Assembly (NCBI GenBank): GCA_002269645.1
Contig: NIVC01001167.1
Span: forward strand, 186,001-250,000
DNA length: 64,000 nucleotides
Direction of reading: 5' to 3'
DNA from: Macrostomum lignano
Taxonomy: Eukaryota
Position numbers and translations under genes: made by a program. The notes under the pieces are model-generated. The model ran no database searches, was not told where the DNA came from, and saw nothing but the letters and a program-made list of their open reading frames with translations. Shown in pieces: positions 23,593-63,937 of the stretch (positions are counted from its first letter, which is position 1; each line of letters begins with the position of its first letter).

Positions 23593-24304
23593 AACAAGCT
23601 AAGAATAAAGAACAAACATAAATTCAGAATGCATGGAAGTCACAACAAAACAACAAGGGAAACAAAGTGGGGGACATTCACTAAGCCAGATTGCCAACAG
23701 AACTCAAGTCAGTGCTCAGTTTATTAATTTATTCATTAGAATACTCAGGGTCAGGGCAAAGTGTTGAACCATTCACCAAAAACATCAAGCAAAAAAGTCA
23801 GACATAAATAGCAAAGTATTTTAAATTAAATTTGATTGCATTTTTCTAATTAAATTTGACAATATAGATATAGAATTGAAACACTGCACTAATGCAAAAG
23901 CAGAGAGGCATATCAATATCAGTTGAAGATATGTGGCACAAGCAATAGACATAATAACTTTTTGCTTCAATCTCAACAAGTATTTCCGAATAAGTAGACT
24001 TTCAATTTAATTTTTTAATTAAATTTACGTGTACTTTTGCCAATAGAAACCATTTAAAGCAACTAGAAAAACATTTTATTAAGTGTAACAACAATTTATC
24101 AAAGAAATGAACAAAACACAAGCTAAATGTAAACTAAACAAAGAAAGAAATGTGTTACTCGCTACTTTCAGTACTATAATTAGGATGGAAAGTTTCGTAT
24201 TTTGTAAGTAAATTCAAATTTGTCACATTTTCATTTTAATTTCGATATTGAAAGTTTTTTTACTAATCAATCAATCAATTAACTGTCAAGCGCAGTTCGG
24301 AATT

Positions 24305-27300
24305 TTAAACCAGCCGTTTGGCCCGGCCCCGGCCAAATATCAGATCGCAGAGTCGGTCAACTACGAAACAGCCGACAAAGTCTGCAGCCAGGACTTGCAC
24401 GATTGTGTTGCGAAGCTGCGGGAGCCGTGTTGGAGTGATGCGGCATGAGGAGTTGGAAATTGCGACTCGATTGGGATCTGGGAGCTGGGTTGGATCTGAT
24501 TGGGATCTGGATGGGGACTGGGTGGGATCTGGGTGGGATCCGACTGGAATCTGATTGGGATCTGGTTGGGATCTGATGGGGATCTGATTGGGATCTCTGA
24601 TTGGGATCTGGTTGGGATCTGATTGGAATCTGACTGAGATCTGACAGAAAGTTGAATAATCCGATGGAATCTAACACAGCTCACTTACATTATTATCAAT
24701 TTCGACCAGGCTGAACTGCTCGCAGAGCTCAGGCATGTAGCCGCTAGCCAGAGAGAACACCAGGCCAGTAGCGGTGGTAATGCTGTACAACAGCGGCTTA
24801 TTCTCCATTAGCGATTCCATAAACGGGTGTCCTTTGTAATTAACAGCGAATGCGTTGATTTGCATAGAGATGGAGATCAAATAAACAACGCTGTTGAGAA
24901 TGTTCGGCTTGAATTCCGCTTCCAGATCCACGAATTCGCCTTCTTTGCTGATAAGTTAAAGAAAAAAACAAAAAAATAGAGTACATAATAATAGTAGCTT
25001 ACTTACAGTAGAAAAGTTGGGACATGGCAAGTATTTTTTGTGGGAATTCAAAACAAAAAAATACAAAAAACGAAACGCATGCGCTAAATAGGCTACTCAC
25101 AGCTGTGGCATCAGCGCTTTTGCCTCTCGGGTTAGGAAAATCAGAGAAGCAAAGTGAATGACGAATTGCAGGAACACAGTCAGCAGAGTGTACGCGTTGA
25201 ATATGTTCGGCAGAGGTCGACGAGCCGACAGAGTTGTTAGCGGCTAAAATGTAAGAAAAAGTGGGTAATATTTGAGAAATGATAGGGCTCAGAGCCGCTT
25301 CAATTTAATTTACGGTTAATAAAAAATAGTCACTTCCAGCTGATCAAAAAACCCATTGTATTCCACTTCCGCTCCTCAAACAGAACTCATTATATTTCAC
25401 TTTCGGTTCCTCGAACAAAACCAGATTATATCACACTTCCGGTTTCTCAAACAGAAGCTATTATATCACTCCCAGTTTCCCAAACAGAAGCCAATATAGC
25501 ACACTTCCGGTTCCTCAAACAGAACCAATTGTATCACACTTCCGGCTCCTCAAACAGAACCCATTATATCACACTTCCGGTTCCTCAAACAGAACCAATT
25601 ATATCACATCCGGTTACTCAAACAGAACCCATTATATTTTACTTCCGGTTCTTCAACAAGAACCCATTATATTTCACTTTTGGTTCGCCAAACAGAAGCC
25701 AATATATCACACTTCCGGCTCCTCAAACAGAACGCTTATATCACACTTCCGGTTCCTCAAACAGAACCCATTGTATCACACTTCCGGCTCCTCAAACAGA
25801 ACGCTTATATCACACTTCCGGTTCCTCAAACAGAACCCATTGTATCACACTTCCGGCTCCTCAAACAGAACCCATTATATCACACTTCCGGTTCCTCAAA
25901 CAGAACCAATTGTATCACATCCGGTTACTCAAACAGAACCCATTATATTTTACTTCCGGTTCTTCAACAAGAACCCATTATATTTCACTTTCGGTTCGCC
26001 AAACAGAAGCCAATATATCACACTTCCGGGTCCCCAAACAGAAGCCAATATATCACACTTCCGGTTCCCCAAACAGAAGCCAATATATTACACTTCCGGT
26101 TCCCCAAACAGAAGCCAATATATCACACTTCCGGTTCGCCAAAAGAAGCCAATATATTACACTTCCGGTTCGCCAAACAGAAGCCAATACATGTATATTA
26201 CACTTCCAATTCGCCAAACAAAAGCCATTATATCACACTTCCGGTTCCCCAAACAGAAGCCATTATATCACACTACCGGTTCCTCAAACACAAGCCATTA
26301 TTTCTCACTTCCGGTTCCTCAAACACAAGCCATTATTTCTCACTTCCGGTTCCTCAAACACAAGCCATTATTTCTCACTTCCGGTTCCTCAAACACAAGC
26401 CATTATTTCTCACTTCCGGTTCCTCAAACACAAGCCATTATTTCTCACTTCCGGTTCCTCAAACACAAGCCATTATTTCTCACTTCCGGTTCCTCAAACA
26501 CAAGCCATTATTTCTCACTTCCGGTTCCTCAAACACAAGCCATTATTTCTCACTTCCGGTTCCTCAAACACAAGCCATTATTTCTCACTTCCGGTTCCTC
26601 CAACACAAGCCATTATTTCTCACTTCCGGTTCCTCAAACACAAGCCATTATTTCTCACTTCCGGTTCCTCAAACACAAGCCATTATTTCTCACTTCCGGT
26701 TCCTCAAACACAAGCCATTATTTCTCACTTCCGGTTCCTTAAACACAAGCCATTATTTCTCACTTCCGGTTCCTCAAACACAAGCCCCGACTGCATTACC
26801 TTAGACCGCGAAATGAACAGGAAGCAGGCGGCCAGCACGAGTCCCTGCAGAGTGGCCTGGCCGTCAGAAAACTTCACGCCGTCCAAATAGAGCACAGACT
26901 GCGAGTAGGCGTAGATGAGGGCATTGATGGCCAGGATTTTAAACATCTGCAGAGTGGTGACCAGTGTGCAGCGGCCCTGCTTCACAATGTTGCAAACGCA
27001 CGTGACCGAGGCCAGCTTGTAGCTGAAGGGGGCGGCGATGGTGGCGTCGCCAGGGCGGACCAGGGGAGCGTCGGCCTCCTTCAGCATCTCGTTCAGATCG
27101 CGCTGCGCCTTCTCCAAGCGCTGGCGCTGCGCCTCGGCGCGATCGCGCGGCGCCGGTTGCGGCTCCTTGAGTGCGATTGTTCATGGGGAATTAATATTGG
27201 CGATTGTTCATGGGGAATTAATATTGGCGATTGTTCATGGGGAATTAATATTGGCGATTGTTCATGCGGAATTAATATTGGCGATTGTTCATAGTGAATT

Positions 27301-30300
27301 AATATTGGCGATCGTTTATGGGGAATTAATATTGGCGATTGTTCATGGGGAATTAATATTGGCGATTGTTCATGGTGAATTAATATTGGCGATTGTTCAT
27401 GGTGAATTAATATTGGCGATTGTTCATGGGGAATTAATATTGGCGATTGTTCATGGTGAATTAATATTGGCGATTGTTCATGGTGAATTAATATTGGCGA
27501 TTGTTCATGGGGAATTAATATTGGCGATTGTTCATGGGGAATTAATATTGGCGATTGTTTATGGTGAATTAATATTGGCGATTGTTCATGGTGAATTAAT
27601 ATTGGCGATTGTTCATGGTGAATTAATATTGGCGATTGTTCATGGGGAATTAATATTGGCGATTGTTCATGGTGAATTAATATTGGCGATTGTTCATGGG
27701 GAATTAATATTGGCGATTGTTCATGGGGAATTAATATTGGCGATTGTTTATGGGGAATTAATATTGGCGATTGTTCATGGGGAATTAATATTGGCGATCG
27801 TTTATGGGGAATTAATATTGGCGATTGTTCATAGTGAATTAATATTGGCGATTGTTCATGGTGAATTAATATTGGCGATTGTTCATGGGAAATTAATATT
27901 GGCGATTGTTCATGGGGAATTAATATTGGCGATCGTTTATGGGGAATTAATATTGGCGATTGTTCATGGGGAATTAATATTGGCGATCGTTTATGAGGAA
28001 TTAATATTGGCGATTGTTCATGGGGAATTAATATTGGCGATCGTTTATGGGGAATTAATATTGGCGATTGTTCATGGGAAATTAATATTGGCGATTGTTT
28101 ATGGGGAATTAATATTGGCGATTGTTCATGGGGAATTAATATTGGCAATCGTTTATGGGGAATTAATATTGGCGATTGTTCATGGTGAATTAATATTGGC
28201 GATTGTTCATGGTGAATTAATATTGGCGATTGTTCATGGGGAATTAATATTGGCGATTGTTCATGGTGAATTAATATTGGCGATTGTTCATGGGGAATTA
28301 ATATTGGCGATTGTTCATGGGGAATTAATATTGGCGATTGTTTATGGGGAATTAATATTGGCGATTGTTCATGGGGAATTAATATTGGCGATCGTTTATG
28401 GGGAATTAATATTGGCGATTGTTCATAGTGAATTAATATTGGCGATTGTTCATGGTGAATTAATATTGGCGATTGTTCATGGGAAATTAATATTGGCAAT
28501 TGTTCATGGGGAATTAATATTGGCGATTGTTTATGGGGAATTAATATTGTCGATTGTTCATGGGGAATTAATATTGGCGATTGTTCATGGGGAATTAATA
28601 TTGGCGATTGTTCATGGGGAATTAATATTGGCGATTCTTCATGGGAATTAATATTGGCGATTGTTCATGGGGAATTAATATTGGCGATTGTTTATGGTGA
28701 ATTAATATTGGCTATTGTTCATGGGGAATTAATTTTGGCGATTCTTCATGGGAATGTTTTGGAGATTCCTTATGGGGAATTTATTTTAATATCGGCGATT
28801 GTACATGGAGAATTAATTTTGGCTTTTCTTCATTTGCACTGAATTTTGGCGATTCCTATTTAGGTTATTTATTTCCATATTTTCAGTCATATTTACTAAA
28901 ACTAAGAAAAAATTCTCATTCTCAAAATTAACAGCTCACAGGTTGCCGCCTAGCAGGTGCTGAAGCAGGCGCAGGTTCAGTTTTAGCAGCAGCAGAAGAT
29001 GGCAGAGTTTCCGGGGCATTAGCAAAGATAGCTACGCCAACGTGAGCATGCTTCAGTGCACCAACATCGTTAGTGCCATCACCGCACATGAGAGTAGCAT
29101 AGCCGCGATCCTTGAGCACAGTAACAATGAGTTCTTTCTGTTTCGGCTTCATCCTAGCAAACACGCTGACAGCAGGCAGCAGGAGAGGCAGGAGTTTCGG
29201 AGTTGACAGTCTGAGATAATCCAGAGCCTCGCCAGTCAGACAGATACTGTGCTGCTTTAACAGCTCGGCAACTATTCGTTTAGGCTTGTTAGCGGCCAGT
29301 TTCAAATCCAATTCTAAACAGTCTGAGTCATTGTCAATGCCAGTCCAGCTCCAGTCTTGTCCAGTCTGACTCAGAGATAGCAGAGGTTGCCTGGCGATCT
29401 TCAGTTGCTTAGCAACGTGACAAGCTGTGTAAGGATTATCACCGGTGATCATACACACGTGATGCGATGAAGAGAGCAGCTCGCGTACTACAGACTTCGA
29501 AGTTGATCGGAGAGGACAGGAGACAGCGAGGAAGCCGCAGAAGGTGAGGTCGCGCTCCACGTCTGCGCGCTTGAGGGCGCGGAGCTGTCGAGTGGGATTT
29601 GAGCGAAACGTTTTATTAATAGTGTCAGGCTATGAAAAAAATCCCTATAATTTATGAACTCCCAGACTATGAAAAATTCCCATAATTTATGAAATCCCAG
29701 ACTACGAAAAATCCCCATAATTTATGAACTCCCAGACTATGAAAAATCCCCATAATTTATGAAATCCCAGACTATGAAAAATCCCTATAATTTATGAAAT
29801 CCCAGACTATGAAAAATCCCCATCATTTATGAACTCCCAGACTATGAAAAATCCCCATAATTTATTAAATCCCAGACTAAGAAAAATCCCCATAATTTAT
29901 GAAATCCCAGACTAAGAAAAATCCCCATAATTTATGAAATCCCAGACTATGAAAAATCCCCATAATTTATGAAATCCCAGACTATGAAAAATCCCCATAA
30001 TTTATGAAATCTCAGACTATGAAAAATCCCCATAATTTATGAAATCCCAGACTATAAAAAATCCCCATAATTTATGAAATCTCAGACTATGAAAAATCCC
30101 CATAATTTATGAAATCCCAGACTATGAAAAATCCTTATAATTTATGAAATCCCAGACTACGAAAAATCCCCATAATTTATGAAATCCCAGACTATGAAAA
30201 GTTCCCATAATTTATGAACTCCCAGACTGAAAAATCCCCATATATAAGAAATCCCAGACCCTAAAACGCTCTATCAAGTCTCATAAAGCCGCTCACATTC

Positions 30301-33300
30301 TGATGGTTCAGAGTCCCCAGCTGCCGGTAAGCCAAAGCCAGTACTCTGAAGCCGTCCTTAGCCAACTGATTGGAGACTTTATCGTAAAACGGAGGCGGGT
30401 CAATCAGCATCTCTTTGAGTCGCTCCGGAGCGCCTTTGGCACAGACCATGTAGTGCGTGTCGGTGCTGCCCAGTGGAGTGTGCCCGGCAACAGTTGCCAT
30501 GCGTTGCAGACTGCTGGAAAAGTGAAATCTGACGAACACCTTCAAGGGATGGTGCTGGGCTCGACTAGCACTTGGTGGGATTACGGCTTCGCCTTTGGTC
30601 AGGGTCCAGCCAGTGGCTTTGAGGATCGCCTTCTCCAGTGGGTCGCCAAGTAAATCGTTGGTTTTATCCATGATTACCAGCGAGTGACAGGCGGCCATCA
30701 CCTGTAGGAGCGGTGGCGATGAAGGAGGCGGCATGTGTACATTAGTACATATGTACATTAGGACATGTGTACATTAGGACATTTGTACATTAGGACTTGT
30801 GTACATTAGTACATTTGTACATTAGGACTTGTGTACATTGAGACATATGTACATTGGTACTTGTGTACATTTGGACATGTGCACATTGAGATACGAGAAT
30901 GAACGAGGGTTGTCCAAAAATTCTACATTGAGATGTGTACAGTGGGACATGTGTAAATTGGGGCATGTGTACATTGGGACATGTGTACATTGGGACATGT
31001 GTACATTGGGACATGTGTACATTAGGACTTGTGTACATTGGGACATAAGTACATTGGTACTTGTGTACATTTGGACATGTGTACATTGGTACATATATAC
31101 AGTAGGACATTTTTACATTAGGAGTTAGGATATGTGTACATTGAGATACGAGCATGTAAGAGGTTTGTCCAAAAATTGTACATTGAAATGTGTACAGTGG
31201 GACATGTGTAAATTGGGCCATGCCTTCATTGGAACACGTGTACACAGAGAATACGTACATTGGGACATGCGTACACTTGTATAGCACAAAAGTACAAACC
31301 TGAACAGTCGCTTGTCCGCAGTTCTGTACTGTCTGAATCTCGTTAGGATTATCAGAGTCCAGGCCAGCTACACCGTCAACCATCATCTCGTCCCTAGTCA
31401 GGGTTCCAGTCTTGTCGAAACAGCAGATGTCCACTTTGCCGGCAAATGGTATACGGAACGGTTCCGTGCAGTAGATAAACAGGCGGTGCAGGGCCACTAG
31501 AGAGTTCTGGACTGCCAGGGACAGTTCAATGGGCAGTTCCGGTGGCACGACCGAGGTGATGATGAGGGTGCACTCCAGGAAGAGCTTGTACCTGCTGCGC
31601 TTCGGGTCCTTGGTGCCCTGCGGATTGCGGATTCAATCGTGCAGCTTGAGTGCGGGGCGATTCTTCAGGTTGGGTTCAGGAGCGATTCTTCAGGTTGGGT
31701 TCAGGAGCGATTCTTCAGGTTGGGTTCAGGGGCGATTGTTCAGGTTGGGTTCAGGAGCGATTCTTCAGGTTGGTTTCAGGAGCGATTCTTCAGGTTGGGT
31801 TCAGGAGCGATTGTTCAGGTTGGGTTCAGGAGCGATTCTTCAGGTTGGGTTCAGGGGCGATTGTTCAGGTTGGGTTCAGGGGCGATTGTTCAGGTTGGGT
31901 TCAGGGGCGATTGTTCAGGTTGGGTTCAGGGGCGATTGTTCAGGTTGGGTTCAGGGGCGATTCTTCAGGTTGGGTTCAGGGGCGATTCTTCAGGTTGGGT
32001 TCAGGAGCCGATTGTTCAGGTTGGGTTCAGGAGCGATTGTTTAGGTTGGGTTCAGGAGCGATTGTTTAGGTTGGGTTCAGGAGCGATTGTTCAGGTTGGG
32101 TTCAGGAGCGATTCTTCAGGTTGGGTTCAGGAGCGATTCTTCAGGTTGGGTTCAGGGGCGATTGTTCAGGTTGGGTTCAGAGGCGATTCTTTAGGTTGGG
32201 TTCAGAGGCGATTCTTCAGGTTGGGTTCAGGGGCGATTGTTTAGGTTGGGTTCAGGGGCGATTGTTCAGGTTGAGTTCAGGGGCGATTGTTCAGGTTGGG
32301 TTCAGGGGCGATTGTTCAGGTTGGGTTCAGGGGCGATTGTTCAGGTTGGGTTTAGGGGCAATTGGTCAGATGGGGTTCAGGGGCGATTGTTCAGATAGGG
32401 CTCAGGGGCGATTCTTCAGATTGGGTGCAGGGTTTAGGAGCGAGTGCTCAGGCAGTCTAGCAGACAATATCAAACGGATGTAAAAAAGCAAACCAACCTC
32501 AAGCCACACATAGGCTGAAGCGGCCAAAGCGAACACCAGCAGAAACGAGATGAACAGAAAAGTCTCCAAGTTATTAGCCGTCACCCGCTTCACTCCAAAC
32601 AGTATAGTTTTTAGTAGGCGGCCCTGAGATGTTTGAAATCCATTGCGCAACACGTAGCAGATGCAACCATTGTCCGGGCTTTTGGTGCCGGCGCCCACCT
32701 GTGGCAATTTTTGACAAAGCACTGAGCAAATCAGACTGGTACTAACAAAACTAATATGAATTGCCATCCTAAACTAACTTAAACTCGCACCTAAATACTA
32801 CCCTAAATTGTCCTCCTAAACTAGCCTACATTTCCTCTAAACTACTTTAAATTTCCTTTCTAAACTACCATAAAATCGCCCCCCCCACCAAACTACCCTT
32901 AAATCACCCCTAAACTACCCTCAAATCGACCCCCTTAAACTGCCCCCTAAATTCCTCTGTTAACTACCCTAAATTTCGCTCCTAAACTAACCTAAATTGT
33001 CACCTTAAACTAACCTAAAATTGCCCTTCTAAGCTACCCTAAAATCACCCCTAAGGCCTAAACTGCCTCCTAAACCGTTTAAGTTTAAAATCGACCCCCT
33101 AAAGCCCGACAGCTACATGAATAAATAATTAAGCAAACCTTCTGAGGCGGAGTGTGCTGCACAACTTTTGTACCACCGCTCAGAACGTGATGCTTCGCAT
33201 CAGTGTCCAGACACAGCGACCTGTCATCCAGGATGCTCTCAGCTGGTTCCTTAGTAACTGGCACAGACTCTCCAGTCAGCATTGACTCGTCAACAATGCA

Positions 33301-36272
33301 CTGGCCTCTCAGCAGCAACAGATCGCACGGGATCAATCGTTCCTTTTCTGATCGGCCTAAACTGACCAGATCGCCGGGTACCAGCTGACTGGAGTCCAAC
33401 AGGTTCCATTTCTTGTTTCTCAGAGTGTAGATGGGATAGGGCTTGTTCCCCATCTGCCTAATCTCTGCCATGTTGCGTAGCTGCTGTTGCACCAGGGTGC
33501 ACTCGAATACCACCAGCATGCCCAGGGTGAACAGGCTGTAGTACCAGTAGTCATCGAGGCACCACAAACCAACGCAGAATACCTGCATTTATTAGCGAGT
33601 TGGGTTATTTATTGCTTTAATCAGGAAAACTTGATTATGGTTAAAAGAGCTCTCAGAGAAAGATGGAAGAGGGAGATCTCAGGGCAGATTAAAGAGAGAG
33701 AGAGAGATCTCAGAGAGATTGAAGGGAGAGATCTAAGGGGAGATTGGAGGGAGAGATCTAAGGGAGTGGAAGGGAGAGATCTAAGGGGAGATTTAAGGGA
33801 GAGATCTAAGGGGAGATTTAAGGGAGAGATCTAAGGAGAGATTGAAGGGAGAGATCTAAGGAGAGATTGAAGGGAGAGATCTAAGGGGAGATTGGATGGA
33901 GAGATCTAAGGGGAGATTTAAGGGAGAGATCTAAGGGGAGATTTAAGGGAGAGATCTAAGGAGAGATTGGATGGAGAGATCTAAGGGGAGATTTAAGGGA
34001 GAGATCTAAGGAGAGATTGGATGGAGAGATCTAAGGGGAGATTTAAGGGAGAGATCTAAGGAGAGATTGGATGGAGAGATCTAAGGGGAGATTAAAGGGA
34101 GAGATCTTAGAGGAAATGGAAGGGAGAGATCTAAGGGAAGATGGAAGGGAGAGATCTAAGGGGAGATTGAAGGGGGAGATCTAAGGGGAGATTAAAGGGA
34201 GAGATCTTAGAGGAGATTGAAGGGAGGGATCTAAGGGGGTGGAAGGGAGAAATCTAAGGGGAGATTGAAGAGAGAGATCTTAGGGAGTGGAAGGGAGAGA
34301 TCTATCGGGGGATGGATGGAAGACAGAGATCTAAGGGAAAATTGGAGGGAGGGTTCTAAGAGGAGATTAAAGGTGAGGTTGAAGGGAGATCTCGGGGGAG
34401 ATTGAAGGGAGAGTAGATCTAAGGGATAAGTAGATCTAATAAAGACTGAATGAATACTTATAAAAACAAAACGCAAGGACAAAAAACAAACCTGGAAGAC
34501 AAAGAACGGAGCAGTGGCCCTTTCAATAAAGAGCTCGCTAAATTTCGGAGGCACCATTTCCATATTGTTGGTGCCAAACTGGTGGACAGCTTGTTGCAAT
34601 TCTGATTCAGTCTCCATGCCTTTGGAGCTAAGGTAGTGAGACAGGTCTTTGTCAACAGGGAACTGCAATGGCTGGACACTGTCCTTTGTCAAAAAGAATT
34701 TCTCTTTTTGAAAGAGGAACCAATAGTATGGCGTGGAGCCTTTATCAACAGTCTAAAAAGGTACATATTTTATTATTTTGACCTTTCTCTCAAAAGATTC
34801 ATCACTTGTATTAAGATGCAGTTCATTTTTAAAGGCTTCAATGCTTACTTGTTTCTCCAGTTTAACAATTTCTGGGCTACCATTGTTGGCAATTGGAACC
34901 ACTTTGATGACATCAGCAGATTGGAGACTCTAAAAAATAGTTTGAGATGAGCAGATCTAGAATGATCTTGACAAAAAATGTATTTTTTGCTTAACAAATA
35001 AATGTAGATAAAATTGCAGTTTTTTATTTTTAAATATTATAAAAAACAATTTTATCAATTTTTATGATCAATATTCTTTTAAGAAGCACAAAATATCCTT
35101 TTACAAGCTTATTGGTTTATATAATTTTTTATGAAGCTTAGTTTTTACACTTAAAATCTAAACATACTAAATTCTATATACTAAAAAAACATTTCTTTAT
35201 ATTTAAAATTTAATAAAGACATAAAGACTATAAAGACACAATAATTTGCTAATTTGGAATTTATATATATTTATAGATACTCTTATATTCCTAATGATTT
35301 TTTTTATTTTTTATTTTTTATTTTAAAAATCTGATGTTAGAATATATTTTGAACCTACTAGCAAATCATAGGCTAGAATATGTCAATTTTAAAATAAAGT
35401 AAAATGATTTACTCATCATTTTAATTGGAAATATGATATTATTTATGACTATAGTCAATAGTCTCAAAGATATCATTACTGTAAAAATTTTTGGCATGCA
35501 CTTTGTTCTATCATGCATTCTAGCTAATGTGCACTCAATATAATCCAAAGATAAAATATATATTTATATATAAAACTTTTAACCCTAACACCTAAATCAT
35601 TGATATTATAGATTAATAATTACCTAAAAAAACAAAAAAGTAAATTATCAAAGATATATTAACAATTGAATTTGATAGGGCTTACAAACTATGATTTGGA
35701 ATAATTTTTTTTTAATATTTGAAATAGAAAAACATTACTAACTGTTAATTTAAACCTATTTATTTAAATCAAAAATAGCATAATTAGGTTTAGCTTAGCT
35801 GCTTAGATCTTACTAAAATATCATTCTTAAAATTAACAACTGGAATATAATGAAATCTAAATTTACAATTTTGGCACACCTAGCAAAAAGTCATGACTTA
35901 GCATGCGCATGCCAATGCCAAATCTTTCATAATCATACATCTTTGATATTTTCAAATTTTTATAAACAAAATTAAAAATAATTAAGAACTTACAGTTACT
36001 TTTGAAAAGCAAAGAAGCGCTTTGATGTGAACAGACCAATAGCAGGACAAGCAAACGAGAATGTTAAGAATTGCTATGAGGGCAATTAATATGAATCCTA
36101 GCTCAATAGAACCATAAATACGAAAGAATGCAAGATTTAGCATCGCAAGCAAGTACATGACTGCAAATGGAAAAACATATCCATGGAAAACAACTTGGTG
36201 AGATCGCAACAACGAAACATAAGCAATTCCAGACCCCTCAGATTTAGGGAAAATTGCCGAAGACTCTCCCAT
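24305..36272 (-). CDS. ATP13A1: P5A-type ATPase (ATP13A1/Spf1 orthologue), 12 exons, ~1168 aa
   Basis: Exons 36272-36000, 34929-34849, 34752-34492, 33582-33139, 32698-32498, 31617-31300, 30701-30297, 29584-28940, 27165-26800, 25243-25101, 24947-24689, 24415-24305; all GT-AG and phase-consistent (3507 nt). Motifs [14 protein letters not shown]5A-specific [24 protein letters not shown] and GDGTND. Confidence 0.95.
24468..24645. repeat. Degenerate GGGATCTGATT-type repeat, ATP13A1 intron 11
   Basis: Direct reading. Confidence 0.85.
25355..26785. repeat. 35-bp minisatellite (CACTTCCGGTTCCTCAAACACAAGCCATTATTTCT)n, ATP13A1 intron 9
   Basis: Diverged copies to ~26280, near-identical copies after. 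Confidence 0.96.
27174..28850. repeat. 27-bp minisatellite (ATTGTTCATGGGGAATTAATATTGGCG)n, ATP13A1 intron 8
   Basis: Direct reading; source of the spurious 537-aa [12 protein letters not shown]. Confidence 0.98.
29625..30260. repeat. 35-bp minisatellite (CCCAGACTATGAAAAATCCCCATAATTTATGAAAT)n, ATP13A1 intron 7
   Basis: Direct reading. Confidence 0.96.
30733..31280. repeat. 16-bp minisatellite (GTGTACATTGGGACAT)n with an internal block duplication, ATP13A1 intron 6
   Basis: Direct reading; the block GAGATACGAG...GTGTAAATTGGG occurs at ~30888 and ~31143. Confidence 0.92.
31655..32420. repeat. 25-bp minisatellite (TTCAGGTTGGGTTCAGGRGCGATTS)n, ATP13A1 intron 5
   Basis: Direct reading. Confidence 0.96.
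32765..33110. repeat. Degenerate CCCTAAA-rich repeat, ATP13A1 intron 4
   Basis: Recurrent TAAACTACCCTAAA-like units. Confidence 0.8.
33690..34440. repeat. 25-bp purine-rich minisatellite (GGGAGAGATCTAAGGGGAGATTTAA)n, ATP13A1 intron 3
   Basis: Direct reading. Confidence 0.95.
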
Positions 36273-36771
36273 TTCCGTCTGTTGGCCAAAATCGCAACTG
36301 CTAGGAGTTTCCGACTCTGTGTTTTAATATTTTAACACATTTGTCTGCGTATTTTTGACAAAATGTTTTAGTGACACCAGAGAGTCTGATATAGAAACAA
36401 CTACCTATCTATGTTAGTTCAAGGAAAAAGTAAAATATAATTTGATAATTTCATTTTATCTTTAACAAGTCTTAACGTTCTTCGAAAACCAAAATTTAAG
36501 TTGTCAATTACAAAGTATAACAAAAGTTTCTTGCTTGTTTTAGAAAATCTAGGTTAATTTGGATAAATTGTTGGTTTTTGTAGCAAAAAACTATAGATAA
36601 ACAATAAAAAATATTTACTATTTGCAAAGCTTGCACTTTTCTGTCGGCATGCCAATTTAATTTGACTTAGATTTTTCCAACAGCATTTTCAGAAAATCAA
36701 CTTTAATTTTGACTGAGTGGACTGAACTGTGTCCATCTGTTATATAAAGCAAGCTTTGATGCCGATCGAAA
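36273..36771. promoter_or_regulatory. Putative bidirectional promoter / 5' UTR region between ATP13A1 and CFAP54
   Basis: Divergent start codons at 36272 (-) and 36772 (+) are separated by ~500 bp of AT-rich, repeat-free DNA. Confidence 0.6.
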
Positions 36772-63335
<26,564 letters not shown>

Positions 63336-63937
63336 ATATTACTGTTGATTTTAATAAAACATGCTTTGTTTTACTATTTCTACTTATATAAAACTGTGAT
63401 ATACTACTGATTAAAATAGTACCCATATTTCCCTTTCTCTTTGCCGATTATTAATTTTTTTGTTTTAATGTTTTAATTTAAACGCTTTCTTATAAATTGA
63501 AAGCAAAATTGAACCGATCAATGTTCGCGTTTGAAACGGAACTATGCGCAAAATTGATATATTTAAAAAAGAAAATGTGTTGCTTTTTGCGAGAATGCTG
63601 AATTTTTTGCTCGTAAAATATAATCTAAAAGTACTACTGCTAGTAAAAAGTATTTTAAAAATACGCTTTGACATGCAATTTTCTTCATTTCCAACACTTT
63701 AAACACAAGTTTAGTTTATTATCCGCTGGTAAACGGAAACACTGATGGAATTATAAATTTAGATACGATTTTCGTGCCTAGTTAAAGCGTCTGCAGAATA
63801 AATTCTGAATATACATGTTGCCCGTTTATAGCAATGACAAATAATTATAAATATGATTAAGTACGCATGCTCTACATAAATATGAACAATTTGACAAAAA
63901 TAAACTTAATTAGAAATAACTTGACAGAAAAATATGA

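Noticed and set aside
27038-28651. 537-aa ORF of AIVHGELIL repeats, and similar periodic ORFs (7017-8144, 8491-9603, 13375-14167, 15806-16474, 16980-17887, 25529-26890, 31529-32483, 48463-49283, 55743-56948)
   Set aside because: These are stop-free readings of tandem arrays, often open in several frames or on both strands, and mostly lie inside introns of well-supported genes.
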